Shown here: positions 11,678-23,405 of the stretch, piece by piece
Layout of the letters: the number at the start of each line of letters is the position of its first letter
Position numbering within the stretch: position 1 is the stretch's first letter
Source of the DNA: Amoebophrya sp. A120
Taxonomy: Eukaryota; Protista; Dinoflagellata
NCBI GenBank assembly: GCA_905178155.1
Contig: CAJINV010000014.1
Span: 1,629,984-1,693,983 of the forward strand
Direction: 5' to 3'
DNA length: 64,000 nt
Made by a program: the position numbers and the translations under genes
Notes under the pieces: generated by a model
What the model saw: the letters and a program-made list of their open reading frames with translations, nothing else
Databases searched by the model: none
What the model was told of the DNA's origin: nothing

Positions 11678-14425
11678 ATGAAGCGCTCGTATGGGACCAC
11701 CGGGCAGACTATGCCGTCGGAGTTTGAGTTTTTCCAGGTATGTTTTTTGTTGAATAGCAGTAGCTGTAGCACAAATAATAATTATAATAAACAAGCGACC
11801 TTTCCGTTTCCAATATGCACGTGTACTTAGATGCAGCAGTGTCTCTGAGAATTTTTTGCAAGATGGAGTCAAAATCTAAATCATGAACATGATGTTCATC
11901 TTTTACAATTATGTCTCTTCTACATCAAAAAACAGAGCCGGTGCGAGTCGTGCAAAACCGCCACGGAGCCCCAGATCATCCTGCAAGCGAAGCGCGAGTG
12001 GGGTATGGCGTCCAGCCACTGGCTAACGACGATTCGCCATCACGGCACGCAGGAGCATGAGGGAAAATACGCTTCCTTCTGCAAGTATTAAAACTAAAGT
12101 GCTTTGATTTTGCAGTACTATCTTGCGGCCCTGCGATAGACGTTTGTGTTTTTATTTGGCATAAAGCACACAAGCACAACTCTATCGCAGGCCCGACGCG
12201 ATCGAGACACCACACGGATCCGTGACTTATGTAGCGACATTTTACTGCCGGAGGTGCCACATCTTGTCCTCAGAAGAGTTTCACAAGCCGTTGTACTTGG
12301 AAAACTACTCCAGGTCCAAACTGTTTGCCGCCGGTTTGCGCTTTGTCCGTGCGACGGCGCGCGACTTGATCCTGCAGGCCTGCTTCAAGTTCATGCTGGA
12401 GTACAACATCTCCCTGACCCTGCGCCAGATCGAATCGTTGAAGGCCTTCGTGAAGATGAACCACTACCGCGACCAGGCGGCCAACCACAACGCCAACAAA
12501 CTGATGCTGCATGTCTTGTGCCAGACCGCCAAGAACGCGCTCCGCGGGCGCGTCCCGACTTTGGAGGCCGGACAGACCGGCGTCACGATCGAGGTAAAAT
12601 TACGATTAGATGTTTATGTAGATGTGAGTGTGGGTTTGAATTTGAATTTGAGTTTGTGAGTGGAGGTTAAAATGTGAGTTTGTATGTGGAAGTGAATGTG
12701 AGTCTCCGTGTGATTCTGAATTCAAAGAACACGATGATCCGCTACCGACTCTACCTCCAACTAGTGCCGTTGCATCATGATGTCCTTACGTTTTTTCATT
12801 CAGCAAGAAGATCATGATCAGCACTTGTTGTTCATGTGCGTGTTTATGTTTGAATCATAACACTATGATCACTCACAACAGACCTGCCAATCCACCGAGG
12901 ACATTGTCGTCGCCACGACCCCCGAGCAGGCCGGCTTGAAGGACTCCGACCCGAGTGCGTGGTGCTTCGGGCGACTCGAGATGTTGGAAGAGCGGCGGAT
13001 CAACAGATTCGTCAAACTCCTCGAGTCGATGATCTTTTTCCGCATCGCCACCATGAAGGGTGAGTTGGCGGGGCAGATGAATGTGATCCAGGGTTCCGGT
13101 GTGGTCACCCCCAAGATCAACCCGTCCGAAGGTCTGCGCTGCATCCTCGACGGGGACGGTTTGGGCGTGCTCGACGGATTGGCGTGCATTGTCATGGGCA
13201 AGAAGACCTCCCCGGAGGTGGCGACGATCAAGCAGGAGATCAAGACGTTCACCGAGCGGAAGGCGCAGGACAAGAAAGACATCTTGAAGAAAGCGAAGAT
13301 GGATGCGCAGGCGTTGAAGACGCAGAGTCAGCGCGCCGCGAGAGTCAACGTGGCCGTCGGGTTGGACCAGCAACTCGAAAACCTCGAGGACGAAACGCAC
13401 CGCAAGCTCGTGCAGCACGACGCGGAAGTGAAGGAGTCCACCCTGCTGATGACGGACCGGCTAAAACAGGCCGAGGAGACCAAATACTTCCAAGTGAAGT
13501 GCCGGGGACAAACGCCGACCGTACGTTTTTTAATTAGAACTTTCTGTCCGGACACGATTAATGGAAACATTGGACTCATCGTATATTCTACACATTTCGT
13601 GTTCAAGTAAATCGTCCTCAACGTAGTTTTTCTTCCCGCGTAATAGCTGTGCATGTAGTTGTAGACTTACAGATCTTCATGTTCATGTAACAGCCATCAT
13701 CTGAGAATGTATCATCGTGCTTTGCTTTGGCTTTTCAATTTTAAAATAAAACTTATCAGTTACCGGGGGAATGCCTCAGCTTGGACACCGCGTACTACAA
13801 CTGGCTGGACGAGTTGTACTACAGCTCCAAGACGGAGTGCGAAGAGCCGGACGTCAAAAAAATGATGATCATCCCCGGCCGCTCCAAGATCCACATCATT
13901 CTGAAGAACAAAAAGAAAGAAATGGATGAGTGGTTCACTAAGGTGGTCGAAAAAGAGTTTTGGGTGACCTGCAAGGCCGGTAAGAAGATCAAGAAGATCA
14001 TCTGGTTTCCCCAGGAGTTCACCATCAACGAGGGGAACATCATCATCCGCTTCAAGGTCCCGATGGCCGTCGACACGGGCTCGGACTCGAACAGCGAGGA
14101 GGAGGAGTACAACCTGCAGATGCGGGGCAATAAGAAGAAGGCGATGGACAAGTTGTTGAAGACCGGTGCGCTTTTGTACAGTACCACCGACGAGGAGGTG
14201 ATCACCGGTGCCAACGCGCAGGCAAGCAGTTCTTCTTCGTCCTCTTCCTCCTCCGGTGCCAACGCGTCTTCGTTCAACCTGCTGCCGAAGAAGCACAAGC
14301 GCAAGGAGGACGAGGGCCGGTTGTTGGACGACGACTCCGAGAATGACAAGGAGAACAAGTCCCCGAAGAACAACAACACCAAGCGCAGGAAGTCTACGGA
14401 TGATATTGATGAGAGCCTGTTGTAA
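11678..14425 (+). CDS. Element gene C, hypothetical ~638-aa protein with two CxxC motifs, coiled coil and charged tail; exons 11678-11737, 11936-12084, 12191-12593, 12882-13520, 13760-14425
   Basis: Four GT-AG introns (phases 0, 2, 0, 0) all join in frame; CESC and CRRC motifs. An in-frame acceptor at 11656 suggests a possible further upstream exon. Divergent from the YR gene. Confidence 0.72.
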
Positions 14426-14756
14426 TTGTAAAACACATCTTCATCGGTTATTCTGATCATAGTTGTGGATGTGGTTGTCGTTATGTCTCGGTCTACCTAG
14501 TCTTAGCCATAGCCACAGCTTCCTCCCTGCAGCTGATGTGCGCGAGGTTCTTCTAGTTTCTCGTATGGAAAAATAACAACTCTAATTCGAACAACAGCAA
14601 CAACGCGAAGGCGAAGCTTGTCGGTACTACAATAAGCGCTGCTACTTAAAGGAAGACAAGCAAGTTTATTTGTCACGCATCACCACCTCCTCCTTTATAT
14701 CTCCATGTTGCGCGAGAGCTACTCGTAGTTCAAGTTGCAGCGTGGAGATGATTCGT

Positions 14757-14868
14757 TTTATATCGAGCTCATGCCAAGAGGCGACGGCGAGCTCATGGTC
14801 ATGCCAAGAGGCGACGGCAATTTATATCGAGCTCTCTTTCATACAAGCTCACGCCAAGAGGTGACGGC
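14757..14868 (+). repeat. Three ~20-bp direct repeats (TCATGCCAAGAGGCGACGGC) plus TTTATATCGAGCTC x2
   Basis: Copies at 14769-14788, 14799-14818 and 14849-14868 (last with 2 mismatches). Confidence 0.85.
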
Positions 14869-15763
14869 GTGAGTTTGATTCTTCTGTCGAGCACGTCAGC
14901 ATGATTTTTTTGTTTCGCACTACCACGGACTATTTTTGGAGGATCGCGCGTCCGTCTTTAGAAATTGTTTTCTATTTCTTTTAGACAGATGATAATAGGG
15001 CGACGCTACCTCTCCTGCGGATTCGAAGGCAATGCTTCCCTTCGTTCCAAGAAACTTTTTCATCAGATAATGAATATCTTTAACATCATGCGACGTGCTC
15101 AAAGTACAAAAATAAAAATACAGAACTTTATATTTGATAAATTAATATCTACATCGAGATCTTTCTCCGCCGGTGTTCGCGCCGGTTTTCTTTTTATGAG
15201 CACTACACGTAGAGGTAATAATATTATAATTATATTTCTTATCAGACATTCGAATCACCAATTTTTATCCCGCCACTTATAGTGGTGGGCTTGACGACAC
15301 GACTTGCTTCGCGAAGCCAGCAGAGACGAAAGACTCGTCCTAGTCTCTCCTGGTCTTTGCAACTACGATTTATACCCATCCGTTGAGTGAGAGACTTGTT
15401 GTTTATCCACTGTAGTGCCCGCACGATGAAAAACGACGCTACGAAGAAGACGGCAAAACAGACGATGTAGAACAATCATCCTCCTCTTCGGTATTAGAGT
15501 TAGACTATGAATAAAAATGTATGTGCAGTGACAGGTGGTGCCTACCTGCCGTGAGAGCGCACCTGTAGGAGGCGGTTGCTGCTTTTGATTCTCAAGGAGA
15601 CGCTGTTTAACAAACCATTTGTTTTACAAACAAGAACGAGAATCCTTCTGCTGGCTTGTATAGCAGCAGACTTGTATCAACGTGTCGATGAAATTAAAAA
15701 AAACCGAATCATCACATCGGTCACTCGCGCCGTGGCATGCGAGCCTATGTTCTTTTTAGCACG

Positions 15764-16186
15764 AAAATGCGAATAGTTGTGGTTTTGCTTTAAACCACAA
15801 CTATTCAAATTGGTCAGATTTGACCAATTCCGCGGAATTTGCGTCGTCGGTCGTGGTGAGAAGAAAGGTCGTTGTCGGTCACCAAGGTATGTATCGGTGC
15901 AAAGAATTCAGATGTACTAATTTTGGAACTCAAGTGATCGGTGATATGTCGTAGGGCGCTTTCAGGAAGGTGGATCATGGCTTTCGGAAGGTGGATCATG
16001 ACTTTAGGTTTTAGGGTTCATCAAAATAATCATGACCAAGTTCATCAAAAATCACCTTCGAGTTCATCAAAAATCATCTTCGGTTTTTGCGAGAGTCATG
16101 GTGATGTTTTTTGAATTCGGTATTTTTTTTTTTGAATTCGGTACTTCGGATTTCCAAAATTCATACAACGGAGTTCCAAAATTCGT
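15764..16186 (-). repeat. Right inverted repeat
   Basis: Reverse complement of 1-423; identity ends at AAAATGC (15764) on the inner side. Confidence 0.97.
15771..15806 (-). other. Putative YR crossover site, right copy in opposite orientation
   Basis: GAATAGTTGTGGTTT-TGCTTT-AAACCACAACTATTC; the spacer is the reverse complement of the left spacer. Confidence 0.6.
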
Positions 16187-16358
16187 ACACCGAATACCTT
16201 TGCATAATCGCCAACTTAGCACTTTCTGATGTCCAGGTTTCTATATTTTGTCCCTTCATATACTATGTGGTCCACCAACATAATTCTACTTCAAACGTCG
16301 AGGTCTACTACTTCTTCACCCGTCGGAAAAGAAAACGCCGTGGAGCTGTGCTGTCGAG

Positions 16359-19300
16359 ATGAACCGGAAGACTGTTCATTTCGGCTTGCCGTTGCCCTAC
16401 TCAACCGCCCTGCTGCGGATATTGATATTTTATTCCGGTCCACGTGGGTCACCGACGTTTTTCTTGAGGAGTTCGGAGGTGTTGATAACCACACTAGCCA
16501 CTTCACCACCACTTTCCCGACGAGAAGTATTGGAAGCAACTTCAGTATTGGAAGCAACTTCGAGAATGTCGTCTGAAGACGGTTCTGAGGCTGCCACTTC
16601 AACCACGACCGGGGAGCAGCACATCACCGCAACGACCCGTGCAGCTGGCAGGCTGTTGTTAAGGGTTGAAAAAATTAAGGTTTACATCAGGGTTTTGGTT
16701 CGTTGTTTCATAGATTTCGCAGCCCCCGCCTTTGTCCCTCTTCGCACCGCCCGGCAGTTGTCCAGGTGGTGCCTTGGTTCGTATTTCGTCTGGCTGGCAA
16801 AACCAAAGCCGCCGGGCCTTCAGAGCTGAAGGCCCTTCTGCCTTGATGCCGATCCAGATTTTGTGCGAGGTGTCGCCACAATTCTGACGAGCGCACGCTG
16901 GCTGATTTGGGGGTCAGCATTTCCCTCGAGATCTAGGCTGGCATCTACGCCAGGCAAGCCGCCTCGCCTCGCGCGTTACTTGGTACGCGGAGCAGGCTGC
17001 CCGGCTTTTCTGCCTCTGGATCTCGTTCCGCAATCTTGCGGGACAACGTTCGGAGGCAGAGGTAGATCACCACCCTGGCCAGCCAAAGAGATGCGTGCCC
17101 CTGTGATGGCTGCCGCCAAAGCGGCAGGGTTTTGGTCAGGGTTTTGCTCCGAAAAGGCTCACCGCAATCGAAGCAAAAGCTTATTTTTTTCGGGAGCTTC
17201 CCCCGAGCTAATAAAATCAGTTTTTGCTTTCGCTTTGCTCTCCTTTTTGTCGCCGAAAGTGTGGAGTTGTTCTGGGCGGGTTTGTTCGCCCATATCGTGC
17301 CCAGGCAACCTGCCTGGCCTTGCAAGTTACTTGGGGCGAGTGACAGGGCGCCCGGTTGCTCTGCCTCCGGATCTCGCTCCGCAATCTTGCGGGACAACGT
17401 TCGGAGGGAGAGGTAGATCACCATCCTGGCCAGCCACAGAGATGCTTGGCTCTGAGGTGTCCGCCGTCGACCTCATCTTCAAACCAAAACAGCACAACAC
17501 CTCATCTTCAAACCATCCGGGGAGCAGCACGTCACCGCGACGACCCGTGCAGCTGGCAGGCTGTTGCAAAAGGAACCCGGACCACGGCACGCGGACGGAA
17601 TGGTTCTCGTACATAGAAGTAGAACTACATCAGATGACTACGACATCAATGCGGATGGTGCTGATGAGCCACGAAGCGGAACAAACACCAGGGGTAGTAT
17701 TAGTAACATCAACAGAGGGAGAATACGTGCGACCAGAGAAGCAAGAAGTGGAAGTGCTGCGGCTGACTCGGTGGTCTTTTTGGACGAATCTACTACTCCG
17801 CAAAAACTGCGAGGGCAGCAGCAGAGGGTGCAGGTGGTCATGGATGATCACGATCAGATCAAATATGTACTCAATTATCCTGAGCAGGAGGTATGAATTG
17901 CAAATATGTCTGGGTCTGGAAGAGCCATGCTGTTTTTGCATGACGCAGAAGGTCTGGCATGCAAGCTCTAGCATCACAGGTTTCGAGAAGCTTCCGCAAT
18001 GCCGAATCCGCATGACAAGTCCCCCGCTTTGGGGACAGAAAGTGGGCAGCTTTTGCCACCTATGCATGAGAGATTTTTCTGTGTTCGGAAATGCGCATCA
18101 CAAGTTTGTATTCTTCCAGACCCAGACATATTTGCAATGCATAGGAGGCGGAAAAAAACGATCCTCATCGCGGGCCCCCTACAACGACGACACGGACAAC
18201 GGAAACCACAAGGAGAACCCCCTCGCCCGAGATGAAAATAACGCATGCCCGGCGCGGCACTAGCAGCACTACCACCACCAGATCTCGAGCAGCCGCAGCC
18301 CAACTCGGCTTGCCCGCACCATCTCCGACTCCCGTTGTCTTGTTCGAACCCCCGCCGCCGCCAGCGCCCGGCCCCGCTCCCGCCGTGGCTCCCGGCAAAG
18401 CCGCGGGCTACGACTACAAGGGGAACGCCTTTTGCATGTGTGGTGGCGATTGGCTGAACTGCAGGGGTCCCCCCCGACACCCTTACTTTTCGCAGCACGC
18501 CGACGCTAAAGTACCCTCCGCAACTACGGTGCAGGCCTGCGGTGATGCGTGTGACGCGAAAGTGGATAACTGTGCCGCCTTTTCCTTCGCGCAGTCTCCC
18601 TTCAACACCCACTGGCAGGACACGCCATGCATTCTCTTTCTCACCGACGGAGCAATGATAGCGCGCGTGGACGACTCAAGCGTGTACATATCCATTGAAA
18701 ATATCTCTGGGTCTGGAAGACTCATCTTCCAGAACTCTTAGAGTTCGGCTTTGTCATTCTAGGTCCTCTGGCTGAAGAGCAAGTAGAGAGACACAAAAGC
18801 GTGAGCTTTTGCATGAGCAGCAAAAGCCGCCCACTTCTGGACTACGGCACTATTTTTCATTTTCGTACAGGATAGGCATAGGCATTGCGGGCCCCTCTCA
18901 ATAAAACTTGTGATGCCACAGCTCGCACCAGTTCAGGCCTTGGCTCGAGGTGATGATGCGAAGCCTGCAAGCATGTTGGCAGATCTTGACGTGACCTTCC
19001 GGACGCAGAGGTATTATTTGCGCTGGATACTAGTCCAGTGCGAACGCTGTGCACTGCTTCCGGAGGAGAGATAAGTGCTACAAAATGAACGTTGACATCA
19101 CCGTCGATAGCAACACTGCTAGTCGGTACGCCAAAGCTTCTGGATACCAAGGGCAGACTCTGCCCTATTACGTCGCCACGACTCACACCACGCTGTCGTA
19201 TCCTGCCAACTACGGTGGTTGCCACCGCCTGTGCATTGAGCAACCCGAAGTGACACACAACAAGCTTCTCGTCTCGGACATCAGCGATAACGCGATTCGC

Positions 19301-22300
19301 AGCCGAGACATGGACTTTATGCTACGACAGAAATGCACATGAAGAACTCGGCTGTCTCCCGTTCCCCCTCTTGATTTGTTGTGCAAAATGTTGATCCGTA
19401 GGCCCTTGTTACCCTTTGTCACAAGCGAAACTGGAGGTGGAGTTGTTTGCATAACTTAACAGCAGGCTGAGGCTCCTTCAGATGACACAAGGCGAGACGA
19501 GTGATCCTTCGGAAATTTGTCATGCAAGGGGAGCGGCAAGAATGAACGCGCTTTCGCTTTGTTTGTTTCTGCGAAAACTGCCCTCCAGGTCCAGACGAGG
19601 TGCGGGAGTTGAGCGAGCGTCTGAGCACTCTCATACATCAAGGCCACCTTCGATGAAGCGACGAAAAACTGCAAGTGCCATAATTAGAGTGTTTTACAAC
19701 ACAGATGACAGATGAAACAGATGACACAGATGATACAGATGACCAACTTTGCGAATTTTGTTGAGGGGCTTTTTTTGGTCATCTGTGTTCACAGATGACG
19801 AGCATTCGAACAGCGAAAACCGGAGCCCCAAAATCCAAAACAGCCCTTTGTCGCCGAAAACAAAACAAAAAAGAGAGCCGGCTCTCCATTGTCGCCGAGA
19901 AAGTGCGAGCAGATAGAGCAGCAGCACCTCCACAGGCCCCACCCGGTGGGCCGATGCGCCAGCATTCCCAATGGCAAAGGCACGAGCACGACGATGCTGC
20001 GCAGATACGCCGATAGCTAGGCGGTGCTGTGCACTACACCTTCCCGCCTCGAAGAGATTCAGGCAAGGAATAGGGTAGATAGACCGACGACGTTCCGCTT
20101 CCTTCCAAATCTCTGGCTCCGCCCAAAAAATGGAGATTGAAGTGCGGGCTGTCATCTGTCATCTGTGCCTTTTCTTTTGCTTCCCGTCGAAACTTCGTCA
20201 TCTGTGTCATCTGTTCATCTGTACCTTCGTCATCTGTGCCAGCCCCCCCTTATACAACAGCCTACCATATGTACACAGCCAGATACGACCACGCCAGCCT
20301 GGCTGGCGGCGCACTCACGGTGGCTGCCAACGCTATTCCCTGAAAATTAAACATCTTCATGATCCAGTTTGTCACGCAAAACACGCAGCAAACAAAGACA
20401 AAGTCGAGTTTATGGGTCATGCAGAAAGTGGATCATGGTGATGGCGGTTAATTTGCAGGGAATAAACGCGATCGAGGAGTATCAAACGACCTGCCGGGAG
20501 CACTTCGCGAAAACCTGTCTCGGTAGCGGCGTCATGTTATCAACAGCGAATATCTCTGGGTCTTCATACTGGAACAAAAAACTACACTTGCCATGCAACA
20601 TTTTTTTGACATGCAAGAATGTCTGGAGTGCACGACGCAGAGCATGACAAGATCCGCTGAGTCTTCTCGATGCTAGCCTTCATGAGAAGCGCCCTCTTCG
20701 GCAAACAAGAAGCGCGCTCTTACTTAATTCCTTTTGCTGACTTCTATGCAACTTCGATTTTATATTTTGTGACTGTCTTTGTCTACTCCAGTTTCAGCAA
20801 CACTAATCGGGATGTTTCCAGATCCAAACTCAGGCGTGCTTGTTGCCCTGCATATATATACGCCACATATGTTGCGACCCCGAGGAACTGCCGCGTATTG
20901 TGAGGAAATATACCTGTTCCTCCCCATATCCAATTTTGAAGCGGTATGCTTCCAGAAATTTGCGATGCTGATTTGCGGCCACAAGTCGCGTTTGTCCTGC
21001 AAGAAGGCAAATCCATATGGCCCGTCGCACTACTTATATTCGTCGGGCGATTTGTGACGCTATCATGGTGCCTAGGCCTACAGGGAAGGCGTCTGGTATA
21101 CCAAGCGCCTCCAATGCCAACACATTCCCGCCCAGCAAGTGCAGAGTCTGCCTGGATGCCCTCGCTGCAAGACAGCGCTTAATATCCGTGTGCAAAAATT
21201 GCGCGCCATAGATTTCTATCTGAATATGTGGACGAGGGGGGACGTTTCATCGTGATACCGTGCGACCTCGCACAACGGCAAGTACGCAGAAAACGAACAC
21301 TCGAAGTCCGTTTTAAAAGACACGGTACGCAAAACACAAGCTCACCTTCGCGTTCGCACACATACAAAACGCATGACAAAGTCTCCCTAAACGGGTAGAG
21401 GTCGACATCACTTGTGGTCATGTCAAGTCCCAATATACTGGCGGAAACTTGAACTTCGCATCATGATCACGCAAGAAAATAAAGATATACAAGTCCAACT
21501 TCTATGACTATGTAGTATGTAGTATGTGTGCAGTAGCAGTTGTAAACTTACTGTGGACACAGGAAGTGCCTGCCCTACCAGTATCCCCCATCCGCCGCCT
21601 GCAATGCCGAAGTCTGCTGCGTGCCGCTCCGCGCATGTAAATTGCTGACGTGCTCGGGTCCGAAACTGAAGGACATGTCGAATAAAGATTCCCTGTACTG
21701 CAACCCAAGCGACGCTGCGTTCTGCAATACCAATGACTGTTGCGACGGGAAGTGCTACGAAGCTCTCTGTCCAATGCGCGAAGAGATATCCGATTTCGCC
21801 ACGAAAACGTGCCCGGCCAGAGAATGCGTCACTGCGGACTGCTGCCCCGATGGGAAGTGCTACGATGCTCTCTGTCCAGCCGCGACGCACGAAAAGAAAT
21901 CCGATTTCGCCACGAAAACGTGCCCGGACCGAGAATGCGCTGCTGCGGACTGTTGCCGGCAGAAGTGCACACAGGGCTTCTGCGACGAGGTGAAGCAACC
22001 GCCGCCGGGGGAGAAAAAACGAATGAAAGTCATACAAAACGCCGTCTGCAGCGGAAACACGTGCGACGCTTCCAGCCAAAACGATGTTGCTCTCTGTTGC
22101 GAACTATCCACCTGCTGTGTACACGTATCGTGCATGTGCTTGTTCTTGCGAGACTTGCATAGAAAATAACTCATCTCTCCTCCCAGGGCAATTTTTTTTG
22201 GAAATCCAAACTTAACTTTTACTTTTCATGTTGAAAAAATTCGTATATGTTGTTTGTAGCTAGTACGACTACGATACTTGTTTTGCAAGGCATACGAACC

Positions 22301-23405
22301 CACCTGCGAGTCCGATTTCGACGGGGCGGCCGAGTGTCCAACGGGCTACCTGCCAAGGCCCGATCCGCAGCTGATCGCTTTATTGACCAGCGGCAGTGCA
22401 GCGCCCTCCTTGCCCGAAAAGCAGTCCCGCTGCTGCTTCGAAAAACAGTGCGCGTGCCGGTATCAAAAGTATGGCGTCGCTGCGGGCTGGCTAACTTCCA
22501 CATCCGTCTCCGAACCCGAGAAGGCGGCGGTGGGAGAGCAGTGCCCAGTGCAGGGAAGTAATCACTGCGCCATGTGCGACGATGGGTACCATCTAGAGCC
22601 GACTGTTACCGCCGCGCCGGACGCGGAAACGCGAATTTGTGTGGTGAATCGCTGCACGTTATCGGGTGGAAAATAAAACGTACGAGCCCAGGCTTGTCAT
22701 GCAAATCTGCAAATCCCAACACCAGTTGTTTCTCAACATCATCAAGTTTACTAGCCCCATGAGGAGCATACATCAGCATTTTCCAATGGTGTCTGGCAGT
22801 TTATTGTCGCACTGCCACTGATGAAATAGAAATCAGGACAAGACGATTGTCGATCTGCGATGCGGTTTCACAGGCTAAAGTGGATTACACTACGAGCCCA
22901 GGCTTGTCATGCGCAACGCGCAAAACTTGCTCGCTTGTGTAGCAAAATGCCCGTCTTAGCCCTGGGGAGGTTGTCACGTTTTTACACAGGACACACGTGC
23001 GACGATAGCGCGGTACAAGATGAACGCGGTGAAGATGTTGGCATCACTTCATCGCAAGTAAAGAACGTAACCCGCATCGGGGAGCCTGTGGTGGGCGACA
23101 TGCGGGATACGCGCGGCTTGGTCTGCGCGGAGAACGGGGCGCAAATGTGCTACATCTGCCTGTCTGGGTACGTTCTCGACAATACCACACATAACTGTCT
23201 ATCAGAAGAAGACCTAGCCAGCGGGAATAATACACGCCGGACGACCTCCGATCATGATGCTGCAAAGCCAACGGATTTGCGGAATACTATGCTGCTTGCA
23301 TGTGGAGCGTATGCAAATAAAAATGACTGGCTGGTGCGCAGGTGGAGTACTAGCTGCCGTGGCCTATCAAACAACTCATCGTCTAAAAACTACAAAAATA
23401 TATGA
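16359..23405 (+). CDS. Multi-exon Cys-rich, probably secreted or surface protein with a PAN/apple-like module and CC-type repeats (3' end approximate)
   Basis: ORFs 16359, 17564, 18232 and 19049 join in frame after removing inserts. PAN-like ACGDACDAKVDNCAAFSF...CILF; tandem repeat CCDGKCYEALCP..SDFATKTCP.REC..ADCC at 21621-22169; further Cys-rich exons to ~23400. Confidence 0.65.
16609..17566. mobile_element. ~860-bp insert flanked by a 50-bp duplication of exon sequence
   Basis: 16609-16658 matches 17517-17566 (2 mismatches). Internal ~144-bp direct repeat (16951-17094 / 17302-17445). Removing the insert plus one copy restores the reading frame. Confidence 0.7.
17892..18143. mobile_element. 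Introner, family A (TIR core ATGTCTGGGTCTGGAAGA), TSD GGAGG; predicted intron 17891-18144 GT-AG
   Basis: ~32-bp TIR; splicing joins ORF 17564 to the frame of ORF 18232. Confidence 0.9.
18689..19032. mobile_element. Introner, family A (diverged), TSD GTACA/GTCCA
   Basis: ATCTCTGGGTCTGGAAG pairs imperfectly with CTTCCGGACGCAGAG; removal joins ORF 18232 to the frame of ORF 19049. Confidence 0.7.
19695..20259. mobile_element. MITE-like intronic insert with inverted arrays of ACAGATG / CATCTGT
   Basis: Five CAGATG units at 19701-19741 and about six CATCTG units at 20152-20237; TACAACA at both flanks (19695, 20253). Confidence 0.6.

Larger units (their letters stand above)
1..16186. mobile_element. 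~16.2-kb element with long terminal inverted repeats, encoding a tyrosine recombinase and three unknown spliced genes
   Basis: Bases 1-423 are the exact reverse complement of 15764-16186, including an 11-nt A run. The ORF track shows identical peptides at 188..373(+) and 15814..15999(-). YR ORF inside. The left terminus may extend beyond the window. Confidence 0.8.

Noticed and set aside
14757-14868. CRISPR-like reading of these repeats and of those at 25794-25970
   Set aside because: Eukaryotic context, three units only, irregular or internally related spacers and no cas genes.
1-16186. Assignment to DIRS, Polinton/PLV, Crypton or Starship
   Set aside because: No RT/RNase H, pPolB, packaging ATPase, capsid or DUF3435-type features recognised, and long TIRs do not fit Cryptons. 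Remote homology cannot be excluded without profile searches.
16863-18263. 466-aa ORF
   Set aside because: It runs through a repetitive insert and an introner in a different frame from the coherent host gene; likely spurious.
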